From Mobula hypostoma (taxonomy: Eukaryota), in contig NC_086097.1 of the NCBI RefSeq assembly GCF_963921235.1, positions 121,956,001 to 122,020,000 on the forward strand: 64,000 nt of DNA, in the 5' to 3' direction. Positions 1 to 12,510 of this stretch are shown piece by piece; the stretch's first letter is position 1; the number at the start of each line of letters is the position of its first letter. A program made the translations under genes and the position numbers. The notes under the pieces were generated by a model. The model did no database searches, was not told the DNA's origin, and saw only the letters and a program-made list of their open reading frames with translations.

Positions 1-192
1 TGGTATGCATCTAGTTCAATTTTTGTCACAAAAAAGTTCAGCAATTCATGAAAAAGTTGCACAACAGACTTTAGAGCATTACATTCAAGTAACTGTTTGC
101 TAGCTGGATTATATTCAGTTACTTCTGTAAGTAATATCACAGCATGATGGCATGACTATAACAGTTTAGGCTTAAATTGTTGAGTGCATTTC

Positions 193-2412
193 TGTTCTCT
201 GCATGTATTTAATATTTCAATAATGTTTAAGTAATATTGTGAATATATTGTTTGATTAAGCATTCTTTGAAGTTTACATAATTCATTAAGGGTTATATGT
301 AAAAGTATGTGAATGGCATGCGTCATTATGCTACTGCATTATTCGCGTGCACCTTCCTAAAGTAAAGAACGAAGAAGACACACTTATCCCTGGGCTCGCA
401 TGTATTTCTTTTGATCAGTTTCCTGAGTTGCAGAAGCATAAACAACAGCAACAATTAAGTCTCAAATGAACCCAGTATGACTACCTACCTGTGGTAATGC
501 AGCACATTTATTTCATCAAAAGGGGGAGAGAGAGACGTTTATGTTTAAAAAAAAAAGTGTAACACATCTTTTATTTTGGAAGGAGGATAAAGATGGTTTA
601 GTTTAAAAAAAAAGACAGAAAAAACATGAAATTCACAGGTTCATAAAGAATAAGTACTGGATGATAATAACATTTTTTTTAAAAAAAATAGGTATGTGTG
701 TCTACATTGGAAATATAGATACATTCAATTGCACAACACATAATTGAGCAAACTAAGCAATATTTTGAAAATATGGCCAATGCAAAGTGAGTGCTAGTTT
801 TTCTGAGGGTAACAGCTGGAAAAGCATACAATTTGCTTAGAAGTTTGACTGCCCCAACCCAGCCTTTGTGCTTTGTTGATATCAAGAAGGCAATGTAGGA
901 ACACTTTGAACAAAAACCATTGTTGATTGCAGAATGCTTTAGGTTTCATAAGTGGCATCAAAAGTAAGAGGAGTCCATTTCAGTGTACATGGCTGAATTG
1001 TAGACAATTCTGAATTGTAGAATCGTCTGAGCTATGTCAGCTTAGTGATGGGCTTGGTGATGCAGAGAGATTAAGTTTGTGGAATACAAAAAAAATTCAA
1101 AAACAGCTGGAGAACATCTTATATTTATAAGAGCAGTTGAAATCACTGTATCAAAGGAAACAGCAGCCAGAGTCACAAAGGAGTTGCAGTCAAGAATAAA
1201 AATGAGCATGAACAAAATGACTGTATTAAATAGAACACTGCCTGGTAAAACAAATTGTGTTACCATTATGGCAGGGGCTTACATACACCAGAATAATAGA
1301 GATTTAAAGGCAAAACTTGCAAAAAAAGCAACAAAGTAGGACACATACAAAGAGTGTGTGGGGTAGACAAAAATAAATGGACTGCACAGAGAAGTGAAAA
1401 AGATAAGACGTCAAGTTACAGTTTCAAAAAGAGCACTCAAGCATATCAAGGGTAAAATAGCGATTAATAAAAATGCCACATCCAAGTTTTGCAAAACTCA
1501 TCCGGTTCCTTGTAGCAGCCATGATAAAATAGCCTATAGGGAGGCTGAAGGAATTCTTTCCAAAGTTGAGTGAAGCCATGGCAACATCAGTGCTCCCAGT
1601 AGCCCAGAAGATAGGTTCTCATTAATCTCCATTGATCTTAAGGTCAGCATCAACCTAGTACTGAAAGAACACACTACGAGCAATATCAGCAGAACACACT
1701 AAACTAACCCTGAACAAGAAGATTGCTACTTTTCTTGTATATCGCAAAAAGACGACAACCAATGACCCATCAGCTACACTGTTCTTGGGTTGTCCCTTGC
1801 ACTCAGGCTTGGATCTGCTCAAACCCAGTCTCAGAAGGAGTATGCAAGGCAAACATCTGAGACAAATTGAGGCCTCCTCGAACAAGGAGGTTTGATGTTT
1901 CATTCCTGGAGAAGCAGTCCTGGTGAGGGATGAGAGGTGATCAAAAGTGGGCACTTGGAAAGATTAGGGACAGAACTGGACCACTTTTCTACACAGTGGA
2001 GATAGCATTTGGAGATGATGCATTGATCGGTTGAGGAGAACAGAGTCAATTGTTAGAGAAGAAAGGTATCCAAAGCTGTCAGAACCACTTCTTGCAGTCC
2101 CAGAATCAACTCCTACAACCACATTGGAGGAGGCCCCAAAACCCGAGTTTGTTTCACAGCCGGCCAAGTCTCATCTGCCTATTTACTATTTCAGTAATAT
2201 TTGAGTAATATTGTAAATATATTGCTTAATTAAGCATTCTTTGTTCTTTACATAATTCAATACAGGTTTTATGTAAAAGTATTTGAATGGCATACGTCAT
2301 TACACCATCACATCATAAGTGCATGCCTCACCGAAATCAAAACTAAGAATAGACACATGTTATCCCCAGCACTATATTTTTCATTCAATAATTTTAGGTT
2401 TTGGAGATACAT
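193..2412 (+). mobile_element. Internally deleted, decayed Gypsy/Ty3 LTR retrotransposon with two LTRs
   Basis: Diverged direct repeats at ~193-445 and ~2181-2412 share gtaatattgt.aatatattg, ttaagcattcttt and tatgtaaaagtat.tgaatggcat.cgtcatta. The interior has a gag-like RAVEITVSKETAAR, an RT N-terminal remnant at ~1480-1665 (decayed WATPVVPV/FKVTINPVLK-like) and an integrase C-terminal remnant at ~1730-1830 (LFLG.PL.S.LDLLKP). Confidence 0.8.
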
Positions 2413-2909
2413 ATGGGTAGCCTCCAACCTGATGGCATGAACATTGACTTCTCTAACTTCCGCTAATGCCCCACCTCCCCCTCGTACCCCATCCGTAATT
2501 TATTTATATACACACATTCTTTCTCTCTCTCTCTCCTTTTTCTCCCTCTGTCCCTATGACTATACCCCTTGCCCATCCTCTGGGTTTTTCCCCCCCTCCC
2601 CCTTTTCCTTCTCCCTGGGCCTCCTGTCCCATGATCCTCTCATATCCCCTTTGCCCATTACCTGTCCAGCTCTTGGCTCCATCCCTCCCCCTCTTGTCTT
2701 CTCCTATCATTTTGGATCTCCCCCTCCCCCTCTCACTTTCAAATCTCTTACTAGCTCTTCCTTCAGTTAGTACTGACGAAGGGTCTCGGCCCGAAACGTC
2801 GACTGTACCTCTTCCTAGAAATGCTGCCTGGCCTGCTGCGTTCACCAGAAACTTTGATGTGTGTTGCTTGAATTTCCAGCATCTGCAGAATTCCTTGTGT
2901 TTGTGTTTG
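2413..2909 (+). mobile_element. Penelope-like element 3' fragment (family A)
   Basis: Starts with the ORF end GSLQPDGMNIDFSNFR*, followed by a pyrimidine-rich UTR, a hammerhead motif and the recurrent tail ...ttccagcatctgcaga. Confidence 0.85.
2768..2805 (+). ncRNA. Minimal type I hammerhead ribozyme motif (Penelope family A)
   Basis: tagta-CTGACGA-A-GGGTCTCGGCCC-GAAA-CGTC-gactg: intact core, stem II hairpin, palindromic ACGT stem III, predicted cleavage after 2800, one mismatch in stem I. Confidence 0.75.
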
Positions 2910-3434
2910 CTATTATCACCATAACAGCTTTGAAATGTTTAGTATAAAAAGATATTTTAATATAGGATAGTGACTACAGTATGCTTGTTTAGTAAATATA
3001 AATTATAGCTGCACATGAGATAATGTCTGTACACATAATTCAACATAGTTGTGTGGTTTAACGCTGTCTCAGGGCGCCACTTAAAATACTCATTAAAATG
3101 ATTGACACTTCTAGTCTCAGCCAACTATTATAGATTTGACCATTATAAGAATATTACCCAGCTAATATAACCTAAGGTGACTTTCATCCATACAGCAAAA
3201 AATAGGCCAGGCTTATAGATGGAAGGAGCATGTGCATGTGATACCTCATGGAGAAGTACCTTATAGAAGGAGACCTAAGGTGGACACATTGGCCTTAGGC
3301 ATAATTAACAAAACATAATTAATATATAGTGAGTTTCTCCAAAATTTATTTTAAGAAGCATCATTATTTTTTGAGCAAAGCCCTTGGAGCTTGCAAAAAA
3401 TAACATGACACTAATAGGCCGGGTAGAGTGAGTA

Positions 3435-3765
3435 GTGTGATCACTCAAGTTGAGTATGATGCCCTCCTAAAGGGCTGCCTATTGGTGGGTCCTCAGGTGG
3501 CTTTAGAGGACAATCCAGGACCCACATGTTCTGGCTTAGTTTAGCCAAGACCTGCCATAGGGAAGGTCAATTGTGTATAGAATAGACAGCAGGCTTTTTA
3601 ACCTCCAACCAGTTCACAGCCAAGAATAAGGTCAGTGCCACTTCAATGATGGAGCTTCAATATGTGGATGGCAACACCATCACAGTCCTCTTAAGAGGAC
3701 CTCCAATGTATCCTGAATGCCTTTGCCAAGGCATATAGGGCCTTGGGCCTTCTCTTGAATAGGCG
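3435..3765 (-). mobile_element. Old RTE-like LINE 3' remnant
   Basis: Heavily decayed; resembles the reverse complement of an RTE C-terminus and 3' UTR. Confidence 0.35.
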
Positions 3766-4485
3766 GGGTAAAGAGACAGTGTAAATATAAATACAAAATG
3801 GGATCAGACACCAAACAAAAAATATTTGGAAGCCCAAATTGATTGGAAGGGAACACTAGCAGGGATGATGGCAGAGCAGCATTGGCTGGAGTTTCTGGGA
3901 GCAATTTTGAAGGGATAGGATAGATAAATCACAATAAAAAAAGAAGCATTCTAAAGTAAGGTTGGCACAACTGTGGCTGACAAGAGAAGTCAAAGCCAAT
4001 ATAAAAACCAAGGAGAGGGCATATAATAGAGCAAAAATTAGTGGGAAATTAGATTTCTTTTAAAAAAAAACAAAGAAGACAACTAAAAAAGTCATAAAGA
4101 AGGAGAAGATGGAATACTTAGATAAGCTAGCCAATAATATGAAAGAGTATTCCAAAAATTTCTTCAGATATAATGTGTAAAAGAGAGGTGAAGAGTAGAT
4201 ATTGGACTGTTGGAAAATGATGCTGGACAGTTAGTAATGGGGGACAAGGAAATGGTGAATGAATGAATAAGTACTTTGCATCAGTTTTCACTGTGGAAAA
4301 CACTAGCTGAATGTCCAAAGTTTAAAAGTGTCAGGGGGCAGAAGTGAGTGAATTTGCCATTACTAGGTAGAAGGTGCTTGAGAAACTGGAAGATCTGAAG
4401 GTAGATAAATCATTTGGACCACCAGATGGTGTCCAGGCTTCAAACAGAGGTGGATGAAGAGATTGTGGAGGCATTAGTAATGATT

Positions 4486-5335
4486 AGGATGGTGGTGAAT
4501 ATTGGTAGCTTGTGTTGAAATGCTTGATGTTGCAGTGTTCGCTGAGCTTGGCAATTAGCTTGCAGACATTTCATCACTATCGAGGTGACATCCTTAGTAC
4601 GCAGTTGTTGGTGTTTCTCACTGGATGTTCTTGTGTTCGTATAGACCCCAGTTTGCTTGCCTCAGCCCTGATTGGCTACCCCTTCAGTTGACCATTGAAT
4701 TCTATTGGCTCGTGTTTTTTTGGCTCCGAAGGGTTTGTAGATGGTGTCTATTTTGATATATTTGTTTATGGAGTTAGCGGAAGAGAACTGCACTGGTAAA
4801 AATTCTCATGCCTACTTTGCATTTGCCTGTGTCAGAAACTCCATGGTATCCCAGTTAAAGTGGTGTCCTTCTCGGTCTTCATGTACCAAGATCAGCAACA
4901 TTGGATCTTGTCTCCGTACTCCAGACTGTGTTCCCATAAATGAGCTGGGAGTTTACGACAAGTCTTGCGAACGTAGTTCCGGTTGTAGCCTCCACAGGTG
5001 ATCCTGTGCACCACATTGCTTTTGTTGGCAAACATGAAGCAAGCACAAGAATTTCTAAAATCATGTTTTTCTTCTGATAACTCTGTAAACAAACATATCG
5101 AAATAGACGCCATCTACGAACCCCTAAGAGCCAAAGAAAAGCGAACCAACAGAGTTCAAAGGTCAACTGAAGGGATAGCCAATCAGGACAGAGGCAAGCA
5201 AATGGGGGCCTATATAAATGCAAACACTTCCAGAGAGAAACGTCAACAAATGTGCACTGAGGATGTCACCATGACTGGTGATGAAATGCCTGCAAGCTAA
5301 TTGCCAAGCTTGGTGAACACCACAGCATCAAATCA
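4486..5335. mobile_element. Penelope-like element (family B), inverted pair of 3' fragments
   Basis: The minus arm has a GIY-YIG remnant (NVVHRITCGGYNRNYVRKTCRKL). The plus arm (AQEFLKSCFSSDNSVNKHIEIDAIYEPLR) is the inverted homologue of ~4520-4830. TSD attagtaat(g/t)att at 4473-4485 and 5336-5348. Confidence 0.85.
5253..5294 (+). ncRNA. Decayed type I hammerhead ribozyme motif (Penelope family B)
   Basis: TGCA-CTGAGGA-T-GTCACC-atgact-GGTGAT-GAAA-TGCC-TGCA. The minus-strand sister copy at 4561-4603 retains the GTC cleavage triplet. Confidence 0.65.
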
Positions 5336-6795
5336 ATTAGTAATTATTTTTCAAGAATCAATAGATTCTGGTATGGTTCTGGAGGATGGAAAATTGCAAA
5401 TGGCACTCTACTCTTCAAGAAAGGAGAGAGACGTAAGAAAAAAAATTATAGGCCAGTTAGTCTGACTTCAGTAGCTGGGGAGATGTTGGAGTTGATTGCT
5501 ATGGATGGGGTTTCAGGCTACTTAGAGGCACATGATAAAAAGGGCTGAAGTCAGCATGGTTTCCTTCAGGGAGAATCTTTCCTGCCAGATCTGTTGGAAT
5601 TCTTTGAAGAAATAGCAAGCAAGATAGACAAAGGAGAATTGGTGGATGTTGTGTACTTGGATTTTCAGAAGGCCTCTGATAACATGCCATACATGAGGTC
5701 GCTTAACAATTCAAGAGCCCATGGTATTACAGGAAAGATTCTAGCATGGATGGAGCATTGGCTGATTGGCAGGAGGCAAGGAGTTGGAATAAAGGAACCC
5801 TTTACTGTTTGGCTGCCAGTAACTAGTACTGTTCCACAGGAGTCGGTGTTGGGACCACTTCTTTTTACGTTATATGTTAATGATTTCTATGGCAGAATTT
5901 ATGGCTTTGTGGCCCAATTTGTAGAGGATACAAAGATTGGTGGAGGGGCTGGTAATATTGGCAAAGAAAAGAGGCTGCAGAAGGACTTAAACAGATTAGG
6001 AAAATGGACAAAGAAGTTGCAGATGAAATATAGTTTCAGGAAGCGTATATTCATGCACTTTGTAGAAGAAATAAAAGCGTGGACTATTTTCTAGGTGGAT
6101 AGAAAATTAAAAAATCTGAGGGACTAGGGAATCCTCATGCAGGATTCCCGAAAGGTTAATTTGCAGGTTGAGTCAGTGGTTAGGAAGGCAAATATAATGT
6201 TAATATTCATTTTGAGAAGAATAGAATATAGAAACAACGATGTAATGTTAAAGCTTTATAAGGCACTGGTAAGGCCTCATTTGGAGTATTGTGAGTGGTT
6301 TGGGTCTACTTACTTTGGAGAGGGTTCAAAGGAGATTCGTGAAAATGATTCCAGGATTGAAATGCTTGTCATATGAAGGGTGTTTGATGGCTCTGGGCCT
6401 GTACTCACTGGAATTCAGAAAAAATGAGGGGGGATTTCATTGAAACTTGTTGAATGTTGAAAGGGCACAATGGAGTAGATGCTTCGTGTGGTGGGACCTT
6501 CCAGGACCAGAGAAAGCCTCAGAACAGGGGGATGTCCATCTAGAATGGAGATGAGGAGGAATTTCCTTAATCAGAGAGTGGTGAATCTGTGGGATTCATT
6601 GACACAGATGGGTCTGGAGGCTAAACCATTAGGTATTAATGCAGAAGTTGATAGATTCTTGATTAGTCATGACATGAAGAGTTACAGGGAGAAGGCAGGA
6701 GACTAGGGCTGAGAGGGAAATGGTTCAGCCATGATAAATGTGGAGCAGACTCGATGCATCAAATGGTCTAATTCTGCTCCTATATCTTATTGTCG

Positions 6796-7050
6796 ATACC
6801 TTTGCTAATCATGAGTCAATCCACTTCTGTTTTAAATGTTCCTAAGTTGTCTGTGTCAATAAATACAGATGATTCACCCCTCCTTACTTAAGAAATTTCT
6901 TATCAACTCTGTTCTAAAGGAACGTGTTTGTATTCTGAGGCCGTGCGCTCTGATCCTAGATTCACCCACTATAGATAACGTCCTCTCCACGTCCACTCTT
7001 TCTCGGCCTTTCAATATTCAGTAGGTTTCAATGAAATCCATCTTCATCCC
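6796..7050 (-). mobile_element. CR1 LINE 3' fragment
   Basis: Reverse complement of the CR1 C-terminal region (tctgttctaaagg, ttcaatgaaatcc). Confidence 0.7.
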
Positions 7051-7394
7051 TTAAATGTAGCAATATTTAGGTAATCTGCTCATTGTACTTTCAGTTTAGA
7101 GATCATTATTTTTCAGAGAAAAGGGAACTACTCCATTGTCCTGTGAAACAGTGTTGCATGAGAGAGCAGATGGGGCAGAATTCATAAAGTGAGGGAGTGT
7201 GCTGAGGGAAATTATGACTTAGGTAACAGCTGGGATGTCAACATGTATCAGTGAGTTATCATCTGAGAAGGATGGCTTTGAAGAACGATGGAAGAATGTG
7301 AAAGAAATTGATTAACATATAATTAACTGGATAAGGAAAAAATTACTGATGGCTGGGAGCGAAGCAGGGGAAGGGAACTAAAAGGGGAACAGAT

Positions 7395-7790
7395 AGCACC
7401 GCAACATAGCAGTAAGTGCAATCACTTTACAGCACTAGTTATCACTGATCAGAGCTTGATTCCTCTGCTATCTGTCAGGAGTTTGTACGTTTTCCTCATG
7501 ACCACATTGGTTTCATACAGACGCTCTAGTTTCCTCTCAATGTTCAAAGTTCAAAGTAAATGAAGTAAACTATCCACAAAGTGGAATAGTAACACCCAGG
7601 AGTTTAAAGTTAAAACCCTCTCCAACTCTGATTCCCCAATGAGGACTGGCTCATGAACCCCTGGTCCAAACATGTACTTTTTAGGTTAGGATTAAGGAGT
7701 TGTGGGCATGCTGTGTTGGTGTTGGAAGTGTGTCAACACTTGTGGGCTGCCCCTAGCACTCAGATGGACTATGTTGGTAGTTGGTGCAAA
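7395..7790 (+). mobile_element. Decayed tRNA-derived SINE (V-SINE/HE1-like)
   Basis: A-box/B-box-like head followed by ctgtcaggagtttgtacgttttcctc, shared with the copies at 32.5, 38.3 and 54.1 kb. Confidence 0.55.
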
Positions 7791-8394
7791 ACGAAGAATC
7801 TCACTGTATGTTTTGATATTTTGATGTGTATGTGGCAAATAAAGCTCATCTTTCCAAATGGAAATATTCTTCAGTTAGCAAGAGATACAGTTATTCAAAT
7901 TAGTCTTAGTTAAGTAAGGAAACGTTTCACTGGCAATATGGAGCACACAATAGGAAATATCTTTTTCTGATCCCAACATTAAGTGAGCTCTATATGTAAT
8001 GATGCACGACAATGTCTTGCAAGATCTACTGAGACAATTGCTGTGGTATTGTTTCAAAGATTGTTTGGGTTCACAGCTGAACAGTGACACCACATGACTG
8101 AGGGGCTATGATGGCATCACCAGTCAATTATATCCACCAGCGGATTATATTTGTATGGTCAGGAAATGAAGTGGTCTTCTCAGCCTCACAAAGCTGAAAC
8201 CATTACAAAAGAGTAGTTTTATATTGAGCTTATTAATGGCTCTTTAAAGATTGCTGGCTCAGTCATTTCATGTCAGGACCAGAAAGTGTGCTAAATGGAC
8301 TGTGCATCTGATTCTTAGGACTTTGATTGAAGTATACAGAGAAGGCTTCAGCCTAAAACCAGTAGGGAGCACCATCTGCATTTTATAAACACTA

Positions 8395-11300
8395 GAGACT
8401 AAAGATTAACATCATGGGAATTAGCGAAGTTCATTGGATAGGTGCTGGAACATGTCAGATTAGAAATAAAACACTAATTTATTCTTGTGGAACATCCCAT
8501 ACTAATGGAGTAGGAATTCTTATGGATGAAAACATGGCAAAAAGTGTTTTAGGACATTGGGCAATATCAGAAAGAGTGCTCCTTGTTAGATTCAGAGGAC
8601 AACCATTTGATTTAGCAATTTTACAGGTATATGCAGCAACAACAGAGAGAACAAATGAGGATATAGACAAATTCTATAAAGAGCTTGAACAAGCAAAGAA
8701 TGGATGCAAATCTCAAGATATTGTTATTGTCATGGGAGATCTAAATGCTAAAGTAGGACAAGGTGCTGATGGAAATACCATAGGAAAATTTGGACTGGAG
8801 AAAGAAATGAAAGAGGTGAGAAATGGGTAGAATGGTGCAAGATGAATAATCAGCTCATTATGAATACCTACTTTAAAAACCATCCAAGACGCTTGTGGAC
8901 CTGGAGAAGTCCAGGTGAGAACACTAGAAATCAAATTGACTTCATTACTATAAACCAAAGATTTAGAAACTCAGTGACTCAATGCAAAACATATCCAGGT
9001 GCAGACTGTAATAGTGACCATAGCCCAGTAGTATGTCATGTAAAAGTAAAACTTCAAAAAACTAAAGAAGCAAACACCTGAACAATCCCTTGACTACTTG
9101 CAATTAATTAAAGAAAACTTAAGACAAAAATTTACAATTGAAGTAAGGAATAGATTTCAAAGTCTAGAAATAGAATCTGTTGAAGATGATAGCAATCATG
9201 TAGAAATTAAATTTAACTCTCTAAAGAATGCCTTGGTAGAATCAGCAAAGTCAGTGATTCCTGAAAAACAGCACAAAGAATAAATGGATAACAGATGAAA
9301 TCAAAAATCTAATGGAAGAAAGGAGACAGAAGAAAACAAATCCTACAGAATATAAGTCCTTGGATAAAAAAGTTAAAAGCTTATGTCAAAAAGCCAAGGA
9401 AGAATGGTTAAACCAGAAATGTGAGCAGATAGAAAGAATCCCTATTACTGATCCAAAAAAGGTTACATCAACAAATCAAGAATATCACTGGTAAGAAGCT
9501 CCTCTGTTCTTCAGGTCGAAAACACAAGGAAATCTGCAGATGATGGAATTTCAAGCAACACACATTAAAGTTGCTGGTGAACGCAGCAGGCCAGGCAGCA
9601 TTTCTAGGAAGAGGTACAGTCGACGTTTCGGGCCGAGACCCTTCGTCTTGACGGGTCTCGGCCCGAAACGTCGACTGTACCTCTTCCTGGAGATGCTGCC
9701 TGGCCTACTGCATTCACCAGCAACTTTTGTGTGTGTTGCTCTGTTCTTCAGGTGGATGTTTGAAAGCAAAGGATGGTACCATTATCATGGAAAAAGATGA
9801 GATTATGAACAGGTGGACTGAGTATATTCAGGAATTGTTTGAAGACGATCGAGGTGAAAACCAGAATTTAAGAAAAACATTGAATGTCCAAGTATTTTTA
9901 AATCTGACATTCGTAATGCAATAAATAAGATGAAGAAAGGAAAGGCAGCAGGTCCTGATGAATTAGTAATAGAACAAATTATCGCCCTTGAAGATTATGG
10001 AATTGAAAAACTTACTGATTTAATCAATGACATTTATGAGACTGGAATAATACCAGAAGAGGTGAAAAAAATCAGTACTTATCACTCTTCCTAAGAAACC
10101 TGGAGCAATAGAATGTGAATTACATAGGACCATAAGTTTAATGAGTCATATCATCAAGATACTTCTAAGAATTTTGATGACAAGAGCTAAAAGTAAGATG
10201 CAAGCTGAAATAGACAAAGAGCAATGTGGTTTTGTGAAAGACAAAGGTACAAGGAACACAATATTAGTCATAGTCATACATAATATTGATGTTAAGGATA
10301 CTATCAGAACGGAACTATTCAAGTGCAAAAAGATTTGTTTGTTTTATCAACTACACAAGCATTTGATAAAGTGAAGCACAATAAGTTATTTGAAATATTA
10401 GAGAAAACTCTAGATCTAGATTCGAAAGACCTCCGCCTAATCAGAATTCTGTACTGGGAAAAAAAAACTGCCACTGTAAGAATAGATGGAGAAGTGAGTC
10501 AGTTTACAAAAATCAAGAAAGACGTTAGACAAGGGTGTGTTTTCTCCCCTGATTTATTTAATGTGTGCAGTGAAACAATATTACAAAAAATAAGAGACAT
10601 CTTGGGAATCAAAGTTGGTAGTGAAAACATCAATAATTTCAGATATGCAGTTGACACTGTATTAATTGCAGGTACGGAGGAAGAACTACAAAACTTAATT
10701 GATATAATTGTTTAAGGAAGTGCAAAAATGGGTCTATCTATCAATTGCAAAAAGGTAGAATGTATGGTGATATCCAAAAAGAAGGAGAATCCTATCTGCA
10801 GGGTGAGCATAAATGGGGAAGACATAAAACAAGTACAGAACTTTTGCTACTTAGGAAGCTGAGTGACATCAGATGGCAGATGCGACTTGGACATTAAAAG
10901 AAGAATAGGGATGACAAAAGGCACCTTAACGAGATTGAGGAGTATACTGACCAATACTAAACTGGGCATGACAACCCGCCTCAGAGTACTGAAATGTTAC
11001 GTTTATCCAGTTATGTTATATGGCTCAGAATGTTGGACAATATCTAGTAACATGAGGAACTGAATTGTAGCAGCAGAGATGTGGTTTTTGAGGAGGATGC
11101 AAAGAATATTATGGACGAAATGAATATCTAACAAGGTTGTCATGAACAGAGCAAACACAAAAAGAGAAATAATGTATGAGATCATGAAAAGGCAACGTAA
11201 CTTCATTGGTCATGTGATTAGGAAAGAGGAGTTAGAATGGGCGGTAATTATGGGAAAGATTGAAGGGAAGAAAGCAAGAGGAAGACAAAGACAAATGATG

Positions 11301-11429
11301 ATGGAGACAGCAGCCAGAGAACTGGAAATGAATACCAATGAATTGATCCACTTGACCCGAAACAGGAGTGTGTGGGCCATGGCAGTCAAAGCTCAAAATG
11401 GGCACGGCACCTGATGATGATGATGATGA
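8395..11429 (+). mobile_element. RTE-clade LINE, 5'-truncated and frameshifted (copy 1)
   Basis: APE motifs MGISEVHW, VMGDLNAKVG, NQIDFI and SDH; RT motifs AFDKV, VRQGCVFSPDLFN and RYAVDT; LYGSECW; (GAT)n tail. Closely similar to 22994-26303. Confidence 0.95.
9517..9738. mobile_element. Palindromic Penelope family A mini-insertion in RTE copy 1
   Basis: Two inverted tail arms meet at ~9648. TSD ctctgttcttcaggt at 9502-9516 and 9739-9753. The empty site is visible in RTE copy 2 at ~24643-24660. Confidence 0.9.
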
Positions 11430-11824
11430 GAGACACTGCAGATGCTGGAAATCCAGAGCAACATACAGATTTGCTGGAAGTCAGGCAGCATCTGTGGAGG
11501 GGAATAGCCAGTCGGCATTATGGGCTAAGACTCTTCATCAGGAGGCTGCATTCTGCAGCCTGTTTGTAATGAGCTCAGCTGGGTCCTCGGTGACTATTAA
11601 GGGCAGACCCTTTTTTCTGAATTATTTATTTACCTGGCACTTGATTTTCCAAGAGAAAGAAGATACTGATCACTTCATAATATGGGCAGAGCAGTGTCAG
11701 ATGGAATTCAATCTTGGTAAGTGTAAAGGGATACACATTGAAGGGACTAATAAGAGTAGAAATTGCACAATAAATGGTACTGCCTACAGAGTTTTGATGA
11801 AGTAAAAGAGAGATGGAACTCAAT

Positions 11825-12510
11825 GGTTCAAAAGTAAATTTATTATCAAAGTATGTATATGTCACCATATGCTATCCTGAGATTCATTTTCGTGCACGTA
11901 TTCACAAGAAAATAAAAAAACAATAGAATTTATGAAAAACACCCAATGTGCAAAAGAAGACAAATCATGTAAATAATAAAAGTAAGTAAACAAATAATAC
12001 TGAGGACATGAGTTGTAGAGTCCTTGAAAGTGAGTCTGTCGGTTGAAGAGTCGATTAGCTTTGAGGTGAGTAAACTTATCCACAGTGGTTCAGGAGCTTG
12101 ACAGGTGTGGACAGCTGTTCCTCAACCAGGTGGGATCTAAGACTCCTGTACCTTCTATCAAAGGGTAGTAGTGAGAAACGAGCATGGCCTGGATAGTGAT
12201 GATCTCCGAAGGTGGATGCTACTTTCTTTGGGCAGCACTCCTTGTTGATGAGCTCAATGGTGCGGAGGGCTTTTCCTTTGATGGGCTGGGCTGTATCCAT
12301 CACTTTCTGTAGACTTTCCTTTCATGGCAATTGGTGTTTCCATACCAGGCCACGATGCAAGTGGTTAGGATACTCTTTGCTGTGCATCTAAAGACGTTTC
12401 AGATGGAATGCAGAATTTATGCAAACTTCTAAGAAACCAGGGATGCTGCTGTGCCTGCTTTGTGATGACACTTATGTGCTGGTCCGAGGACAGATCCTCT
12501 GACATCATAA
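11825..12510 (-). mobile_element. Rex-Babar-type LINE 3' fragment
   Basis: Minus ORF KKVASTFGDHHYPGHARFSLLPFDRRYRSLRS; tail tttgataataaatttacttttgaac. Confidence 0.75.

Larger units (their letters stand above)
3895..6795 (+). mobile_element. Decayed CR1 LINE ORF2 and 3' UTR, interrupted by a Penelope insertion at 4486-5335
   Basis: ORF pieces VDVVYLDFQKA, VPQESVLGPLLF, LYKALVRPHLEYC and QRVVNLWDSL; tail ctaattctgctcctatatcttat. Confidence 0.9.

Noticed and set aside
2444..2924. Pro/Ser-rich ORFs (also at 27.4, 50.7 and 53.3 kb)
   Set aside because: Translations of the pyrimidine-rich Penelope UTR.
11411..11429. CTGATGA at the end of RTE copy 1 as a hammerhead core
   Set aside because: It is the (GAT)n tail; no stem II or GAAA follows.
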